Shown here one piece after another: positions 1 to 5,578 of a stretch of DNA of 5,578 nucleotides (position 1 is its first letter; each line of letters starts with the position of its first letter). The notes below the pieces were generated by a model. That model saw nothing but the letters and a program-made list of their open reading frames with translations. It made no database searches and had not been told where the DNA came from. The translations under genes were made by a program, and so were the position numbers. The stretch is from Octopus sinensis (taxonomy: Eukaryota), in contig NW_021829811.1 in the NCBI RefSeq assembly GCF_006345805.1, positions 1-5,578 on the forward strand. Direction: 5' to 3'.

Positions 1-112
1 ATTTAAAAGTTATTGATTGATTATTGTTTTCAATAATCTGCCAAATTCGTGAAGTGTTTAGACATGTTTTCTTAACTGGGCTGGATGTGGAGACGTATAT
101 ACCGGTTTTTAC

Positions 113-471
113 AAATATATATGTGTGTGTGTATGTATATATATATATATATATATAATATATATTCATTTGCTCACGCGCGCACACACTCGCATACACA
201 CATATCTATGTGTATCTATGTACATGAATGTCAATTTGTATGCATATTATACATGAATATATACATATAGATATATACAAATTTATATATTTTCATACAC
301 GTATGTTTAATGTATATATATATATATATATATATGCACATTGATATGCACTTTAAGTACACACATGCATACAGACGCGCACATAGACATATATATTTAC
401 GTGTATATATATATATATATATACACACACAAATATATACACGTATAATTATGTTTGTATGTTTGTGTGTT

Positions 472-540
<69 letters not shown>

Positions 541-545
541 ATTTG
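113..545. repeat. Compound dinucleotide microsatellite field (TA/TG/CA), including (TA)11 at 136-157, (TA)11 at 313-334, (TA)10 at 404-423 and (GT)30 at 477-536
   Basis: Read and counted directly from the sequence. The pure arrays sit in degenerate alternating purine-pyrimidine sequence. Confidence 0.95.
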
Positions 546-611
546 TGTGCGACAGTGTATATTCTATATACTGTAATACAATTGTTTAAATGGTTTGCTT
601 ATATAAACAGC

Positions 612-790
612 GGGAGGGAGAGGGAGAGGGAGAACAAGTGAATAAGTGAGAGTGTAGGGAGGTGTGAGGGTGGGGACAAAGAGAGATGTTAGACGTAAAA
701 AAATTAAGAAGGAGGCGAAAATACATAAGAAGAGGTAGAAGCTAAAATATGAGGAAGCAAGAAATGGTGGATGAAGAGGTGGGAAAAATA
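612..790. repeat. Purine-rich (GA-rich) low-complexity tract
   Basis: GGGAGGGAGAGGGAGAGGGAG followed by strongly A/G-biased sequence. Confidence 0.7.
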
Positions 791-879
791 CCCAAAACAA
801 CCAAATTCATGACAACATAAAATACCAGACATTTTGTTCACGTTACTCGATTTCAATATTCTATACTTATTATTATTAT

Positions 880-959
880 TTCTTCTTCTTCTTCTTCTTC
901 TTCTTCTTCTTCTTCTTCTTCTTCTTCTTCTTCTTCTTCTTCTTCTTCTTCTTCTTCTT

Positions 960-987
<28 letters not shown>
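880..987. repeat. (TTC)36 trinucleotide microsatellite
   Basis: Uninterrupted 108 nt of TTC, preceded by a short (ATT)n. Confidence 0.97.
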
Positions 988-990
<3 letters not shown>

Positions 991-1045
991 TCGTTTTAGC
1001 TTTCAATTGCTCACTGTCGTTCATATATTTTACATCTCTCCCTTA

Positions 1046-1091
1046 CGACTACTACTACCAACACTACTCTAACTACTACTACTACTACTAC

Positions 1092-1128
<37 letters not shown>

Positions 1129-1168
1129 AATACTACTAAACTACTACTACTACTACTACTACTAATAC

Positions 1169-1202
<34 letters not shown>

Positions 1203-1285
1203 ATAATAATATAATAACTACTATAATAATAATAATATTACTACTACTATTACTACTGCTACTATCTTCATCATCGTAATTCTAC

Positions 1286-1321
<36 letters not shown>

Positions 1322-1361
1322 GATTATTATTATCATTATTCTTATTATCATTATTATATTA

Positions 1362-1392
<31 letters not shown>
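1046..1392. repeat. Compound trinucleotide microsatellite: (CTA)n/(AAT)n switching to (ATT)n
   Basis: CTA and AAT blocks run from 1046 to 1236. The polarity switch starts at AATATT (1234-1239), and ATT-dominated sequence runs from about 1286 to 1392. Confidence 0.95.
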
Positions 1393-1935
1393 GAGTGAGA
1401 GAGCAGTTCATGCCATCAAAGTGACACTGGGTAAAATATACGAAGCCCATATACCCATCATGACTACCCCTGATAAGGTACACCAGGCACATGCATCACA
1501 ACCATATGTGCGCGACATGGTGATCTCATATCAGATAAACAGCACATGACCTTGCAGGTGGGGCCCCAGTTAGAATTTTCTTCAGGTTAGTAGCCCATCC
1601 CGCTCAAACGGTCCCTGAATAAGGGTTGTTTAAGGATGTTGAAAGAACACCCATGTTTCCAGAGGTGAACTATTCAAACCCCAAAGAATCCCTCTCAATA
1701 CATGGCTATGAGGCTCCCCCACTACTTCTGCTCGTGATCAGAGATGCACATATCGTCAGCCACTAAGGGACATGCTCAACTGGTTAAGGTCAAACAACTG
1801 ACAAGCAAATCTGTGGTATTGAGCAGAATATTTGCTGTAGCCCATCTTTTATACCAAGACAAACAATGTACATGATAACACTTCCAATCAGTTAATCAGA
1901 GCCATGAGAGCCACTGCCTGGTACTTCATCAGGGC
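1393..1935. mobile_element. Non-coding interspersed repeat embedded in an (ATT)n microsatellite; class and orientation unresolved
   Basis: A complex block, more GC-rich than its flanks, with sharp boundaries (...ATTATT|GAGTGAGAGAGCAG...CATCAGGGC|ATTTATTAT...) and (ATT)n on both sides in the same orientation. It has no long ORF. It resembles a repeat I recall from Octopus assemblies (memory only, not searched). Confidence 0.7.
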
Positions 1936-1957
1936 ATTTATTATATTATTATTAGTA

Positions 1958-2004
<47 letters not shown>

Positions 2005-2032
2005 TATTATTATCATTATTATTATTATTATT
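1936..2032. repeat. (ATT)n microsatellite, imperfect
   Basis: Read directly from the sequence. Confidence 0.95.
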
Positions 2033-2135
2033 GTCTTTCGATTTGTGCCATCATTCATATTTACCTCTCTCTCTCTAATGTTATTGTGACAATCAATGCC
2101 ATTTTCGAATTTGTGCTTTTTCGCGTGGAACGTGC

Positions 2136-2158
2136 GGGCGGGTGGGGTGGGGGTGGGG
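2136..2158 (+). other. G-quadruplex-forming motif GGG-C-GGG-T-GGGG-T-GGGGG-T-GGGG
   Basis: Five runs of at least 3 G separated by single-nucleotide loops, matching the canonical G3+N1-7 pattern. Confidence 0.75.
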
Positions 2159-2265
2159 AGAAATAAATTCTTTCGGTATTTTGCTTTTAGTTATCTCTTT
2201 TTTTTTTATCATTCTCTCACTTTTCTTCTTTCTTATGTCAATGAAGATGTCGATAAATATTATAG

Positions 2266-2563
2266 AGGATGAAGATGACAATGATGATGATGAAAAGGAG
2301 GGAGGGGATAAGAAGGAGGGGAAGAAGAGGAGGAGGAGAGGGGAAGGAGGAGGGGGGAACTCGAAGGTGATCATGATGATGCAATAATGATGGTAATGAG
2401 CATGATGAAGTCCTGCTGTCGCTGACGGCGAAGATGATGTCAACGACGACTATGATGACAATGACGATGATGACGATGATGACGATGACGATGATGATGA
2501 TGATGACGACAATGATGGCAATAACAACGACGTTGATCAGGATCATCAGGAGGAGAATGTTCT

Positions 2564-2607
<44 letters not shown>

Positions 2608-2760
2608 GGGAGGAAGATGTTGATGATGATGTCGATGCTGTTGATGATGATGATGACGATGATGACGATGACGATGATGATGATGACGACAATGATGGCA
2701 ATAACAACGACGTTGATCATGATCATCAGGAGGAGAATGTTCTTGATGATGATGATGATA

Positions 2761-2799
<39 letters not shown>

Positions 2800-2839
2800 C
2801 TGATTGGGAGGAAGATGTTGATGATGATGTCGATGCTGT

Positions 2840-2882
<43 letters not shown>

Positions 2883-3029
2883 AATGATAATGATCGAAGC
2901 TGTAATGTTGATGATAATAATGATACTAGTAGTGAGGATGAGGATGAGGGCGAGAGGAAGGAGAAGGGGAGGAGAAATGATGATGACCATGATGATGACG
3001 ACGACGACGACGTCGATGTCGACGGTAAT
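2266..3029. repeat. Degenerate (GAT)n / GA-rich low-complexity block containing a two-copy tandem duplication (2469-2651 and 2652-2849)
   Basis: GAT/GAC/AAT/GTT triplet periodicity. The anchor AATGATGGCAATAACAACGACGTTGATCA occurs at 2511 and 2691, exactly 180 nt apart. Confidence 0.92.
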
Positions 3030-3117
3030 AATGCCATTGTTTAACTTCATCCTACAGAGAACACCACTGGAAAATAAGCCCACTAAAAGCCCTCAAATTC
3101 ACTCTATAATTGCCCAC

Positions 3118-3190
3118 GGGGATATGGCGTAGTGGTTAAGAGTGCGGGCTACTAACCCCAAAATTCCGAGTTCGATTCCAGGCAGTGACC
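3118..3190 (+). promoter_or_regulatory. tRNA-derived internal RNA polymerase III (type 2) promoter; tRNA-Ser(GCT)-like head, not a functional tRNA
   Basis: A box TGGCGTAGTGG (3125-3135) fits TRGCNNARYGG, and B box GTTCGATTC (3170-3178) fits GTTCRANNC. An anticodon-like loop CT-ACT-AA (3149-3155) is closed by only 3 bp (GGG/CCC). The T-stem has two mismatches and the acceptor stem does not pair. Confidence 0.8.
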
Positions 3191-3270
3191 TGAATAATAA
3201 TAATAATATGGATAATAATAACATCGAAAAATACCTTAGGAATGAGAACCCATGTTCGAAATTTCCCCAA

Positions 3271-3316
3271 AACACCCGATGAAGGCTGGAGGGTATATCA
3301 ACCGAAACGTTGTGTT
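3271..3316 (+). ncRNA. Minimal type I hammerhead ribozyme motif (Penelope-associated type), degenerate copy
   Basis: Stem I is AACAC (3271-3275) with GTGTT (3312-3316). The core is CCGATGA (3276-3282; canonical CUGANGA, so U4>C), followed by one extra A (3283). Stem II is GGCTG (3284-3288) with CAACC (3299-3303) and has one C.A mismatch. GAAA lies at 3304-3307, stem III is reduced to the palindrome ACGT (3307-3310), and the cleavage triplet is GUU, with the cut after 3311. Confidence 0.75.
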
Positions 3317-3699
3317 AACAACAAACAAGATGAGGAAAAATATCCGTCAAATGTAAATAATGTAAATAATGTTCATAATTCCTCATCTCTTAAATATAGA
3401 ACTGAAATATCCACATGTGTCAAATTTAATGGATTTTTTTTGTCAAACATTTTAATAGAATTTTTCCAATAAAAAAGTTTAAAAACTATTATTTATATTT
3501 CAGTACATTTGCCATTAAAGAAAAACTTATGTGGGTGGACAATTGGAAATAAACAACAACAAAAATTAGAATCGCGACAAAAACATCAAAAACATTACTT
3601 TCGTCAGCTTTATCAATAACAACAACACATCGATAACACATTTGTAGAACGATCGACTATGTAATATGTCATCGATAAATTGCATCGATATTATAAGAG

Positions 3700-3871
3700 A
3701 CACACACACACATATACAGAGACGTGCACAATTGTATATATATTTCACATATTCATATTTTCATGTACGTCTATACAAACATATATACACATATACCTAT
3801 ATATATATATATACATACGTACATGTGTGTGTGTGTGTGTGTGTGTGCGTGTGTGTGTATGTGTGTGTGTG
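3700..3871. repeat. Compound (CA)/(TA)/(TG) microsatellite field, including (TA)8 at 3798-3813 and an imperfect (TG)n at 3824-3871
   Basis: Read directly from the sequence. Confidence 0.9.
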
Positions 3872-4020
3872 CCGAAATGGAAATGCAAAATTGATCCCAG
3901 TTACTGTCACTTTCTTTAATCAATTCTTCAGAATCTATACTTAATGTTATGTATAAGCAATTCACAATTAAAATCAGTCACACACGCACAAACACGCATA
4001 CACTTTTATGTGCGTATACA

Positions 4021-4023
<3 letters not shown>

Positions 4024-4057
<34 letters not shown>
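4024..4057. repeat. (AT)17 microsatellite
   Basis: Read directly from the sequence. Confidence 0.95.
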
Positions 4058-4062
<5 letters not shown>

Positions 4063-4280
4063 TAGATATATATCTCTATGTTCATACATCTCTGTGTATG
4101 TGTATGTTTGTATACTCTTTCTTTGTGCGTCCGATAAACTTAATATCTTTTATTATTTTAAAATAACGCTGCCGTCCTCTTATTTTCTTTATTGATAACT
4201 TGATCACGTTTAAGACGATCATTTCATTGGTCTCTGGTTATCGACGCCTTCAGATTCATCTCCAGTATTTTTCTTAAGTT

Positions 4281-4296
4281 GATGTATCGATACATC
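4281..4296. other. Perfect 16-bp palindrome GATGTATCGATACATC
   Basis: Identical to its own reverse complement. Confidence 0.9.
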
Positions 4297-4319
4297 GATT
4301 AGCTACGGAAAATAGAAAC

Positions 4320-4339
4320 ACAATAAAACGTTTTATTGT
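4320..4339. other. Perfect 20-bp palindrome ACAATAAAACGTTTTATTGT
   Basis: Identical to its own reverse complement. Confidence 0.9.
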
Positions 4340-5235
4340 CCTTTTAAGACTATATTGATTAGAAAATATTTCTTCTTTTCGAGAATAGCTTTTTCAAAAT
4401 ATATATATATATTTCTTTTCGTAATTGGTCATCGAAATATTTTTAAATATTTTGAATATTTCCAAACATACAGATGTTAATATGCACACACACAAACACA
4501 CGCACATAATCACATAGAGGCTCGAAACGTCAAAGACTGTTCCATTTTTCCTGAGCGTCAAACTAATACACAGTTTTTGTTTTATGCTTTTTGTACATTT
4601 GAACAATTGTTTATGAGACACAGTGTAACAACATCCGTATGGTGTGCAGTGGTTCAAACCGGGATGATAACAAAAGCAAAAAGGTAAATAAATAAATAAA
4701 ATATGACCAAACATTAACTACATGAAAACACGGCTACTACATAACAAACATCACCAGCAACACACCAGCGACCATTGAACATACTATTTTCCTACCGCAT
4801 CTAACACTCTACTAAACTCTAGATCTGAAATTTTCAGCGGTTGCAAGCATATGAATAAATATATTTTGAAGAATTGGAAAATTCCACCTATACCCGATTA
4901 ACTTCTTGATATCTTTCCAACCTTATAATCTAAGGAGGATAACTCTTTTTATTTTTTACCTGTACATTTTAAAATTTTAGTCTACGCGTTTTCTTTTTCT
5001 GTTTTTCCATTTCTTTTTAACATTCTGCGCTTTCTATATGGTGCTTTCTCAGCATTTTCGTCTTTCTTCTCTTATTCATTTTTTTAGTTCGTTATGATAT
5101 GTGGCTTGTGCATAATGAATATGTTTGACATATTTCTCAACATATGAAACTATTAGTAGCATTTTAAGACATGTATTGTGTCCCTTACATTAATATTTAT
5201 CTTTCACCTGATCTTTCTATCACAGAACAGTACAT

Positions 5236-5279
5236 TGTGTGTGTGTGTTGTGTGTGTGTGTGTTGTGTGTGTGTGTGTG
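5236..5279. repeat. Interrupted (TG)n microsatellite
   Basis: Read directly from the sequence. Confidence 0.95.
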
Positions 5280-5510
5280 GATTATTTGTAGGATTTATTT
5301 GAATCATAATAACGACACCAAGCTAGAGTTCAGATCAGCACATCCGTGGACATACCGTATACAGCCACTCCGGCATATGCCCATACGTGTGTCTCTGGAT
5401 ACGGTATATACATACACTTACATAGACATGTGGATAAACACATCAATATAGATCTATATATGATCACATATCCATACAAGCCGGCATTGCATACAGTCTC
5501 AAGATCTACA

Positions 5511-5578
5511 GTGGCCATGGGAACGAGAATGGGCCCAAACTATGCGAACCTGTTCGTTGGCTACGTTGAGACCCAAAT
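5511..5578 (+). mobile_element. Penelope-like element (PLE) reverse transcriptase fragment, apparently 5'-truncated and running off the window end
   Basis: Frame +3 reads VAMGTRMGPNYANLFVGYVETQ, which matches the PLE RT motif (Y-x-Q-x-x-G)-x-AMG-x-x-x-x-P-x-x-AN-L-F-x-x-x-x-E. The residues just upstream (LHTVSRST) lack the expected YxQxxG in any frame, which places the junction near 5510. Confidence 0.82.

Larger units (their letters stand above)
3118..3405 (+). mobile_element. SINE-like non-autonomous retroelement: tRNA-derived head, (AAT)n linker, body, hammerhead-ribozyme fold, 3' hairpin and 9-bp tandem repeat tail
   Basis: A box at 3125-3135, B box at 3170-3178, (AAT)n at 3193-3221, hammerhead fold at 3271-3316, 10-bp inverted repeat at 3328-3337/3379-3388. 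There is no TTTT until 3434. Both ends are approximate, no clear target-site duplication was found, and the element may extend upstream to about 3030. Confidence 0.75.

Noticed and set aside
85-1094. ORFs rich in YI/CV/HT dipeptides, poly-Arg and poly-Leu
   Set aside because: They are translations of (TA)n, (TG)n and (TTC)n microsatellites with no domain signal.
1921-1934. Minus-strand CTGATGA (in CCCTGATGAAGTAC) as a second hammerhead core
   Set aside because: No GAAA with a closing stem II follows it, and only (AAT)n precedes it.
2095-3038. AATGCCATT direct repeat (2095-2103 and 3030-3038) flanking the GA/GAT block, as a possible target-site duplication
   Set aside because: 9-mer matches are expected many times by chance in this window, and the enclosed DNA has no transposon hallmarks.
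1904-3132. Long poly-Met (232 aa), poly-Ile (281 aa), poly-Ser and poly-Tyr ORFs
   Set aside because: They are alternative frames of (GAT)n and (ATT)n repeats. Several frames on both strands are open at once, which is typical of low-complexity DNA.
1585-3157. 12-bp inverted match GGTTAGTAGCCC (1585-1596) to GGGCTACTAACC (3146-3157) between the two elements
   Set aside because: A single 12-mer match among a few kb of complex sequence on two strands is expected by chance, and it does not extend.
3118-3190. Functional tRNA gene with anticodon ACT
   Set aside because: The acceptor stem does not pair, the anticodon stem has only 3 bp and the T-stem has two mismatches. It is better explained as a SINE head.
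3105-3420. Target-site duplication around the SINE-like element
   Set aside because: Only a 4-bp CCAC (3114-3117 and 3411-3414) was found, which is too short to be meaningful.
3242-3472. 76-aa ORF MRTHVRNFPKTPDEGW...
   Set aside because: It overlaps the hammerhead and tandem-repeat tail of the element and shows no recognisable protein similarity.
4640-4660. TGGTGTGCAGTGG / GTTCAAACC resembling Pol III A and B boxes
   Set aside because: The two boxes overlap with no spacer, which is incompatible with TFIIIC promoter geometry.
4624-4683. Possible 60-nt plus-strand exon (CAG|TGTAAC...AAAAAG|GTAAAT; CNNIRMVCSGSNRDDNKSKK)
   Set aside because: The splice-like dinucleotides and an open frame are present, but there is no recognisable homology and the pyrimidine tract is not adjacent to the AG. 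RNA-seq would be needed.
5313-5510. Stop-free frame +3 upstream of the RT motif, with DIPYTATP loosely like the RT motif DVxSLYTxIP at roughly the right spacing
   Set aside because: The intervening residues lack the expected NxFxF and YxQxxG pattern, and the DNA looks like decayed CA/TA microsatellite. Treated as coincidence unless a profile-HMM alignment shows otherwise.

Overview
AT-rich, microsatellite-dense eukaryotic DNA that looks intronic or intergenic. The repeat style suggests a cephalopod such as Octopus, but this is an impression and was not verified. No host protein-coding gene is supported; the listed ORFs are simple-repeat artefacts or otherwise unsupported. Three mobile-element pieces stand out. 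(1) A ~540 bp complex element lies between two same-orientation (ATT)n arrays (1393-1935). (2) A ~290 bp SINE-like element (3118-~3405) joins a tRNA-derived Pol III head (A and B boxes) to a minimal type I hammerhead ribozyme fold with a palindromic ACGT stem III, the Penelope-associated type that cleaves as a dimer; this copy has a mutated core. (3) The window ends in a 5'-truncated Penelope-like reverse transcriptase fragment (VAMGTRMGPNYANLFVGYVETQ, 5511-5578) that the ORF track missed. The best candidate for a new system is a Pol III-driven, hammerhead-carrying non-autonomous retroelement that may be mobilised by Penelope-like elements. Smaller observations are a recent ~180 bp tandem duplication in a (GAT)n block, a five-run G-quadruplex motif, two close perfect palindromes and a CATCGATA cluster.
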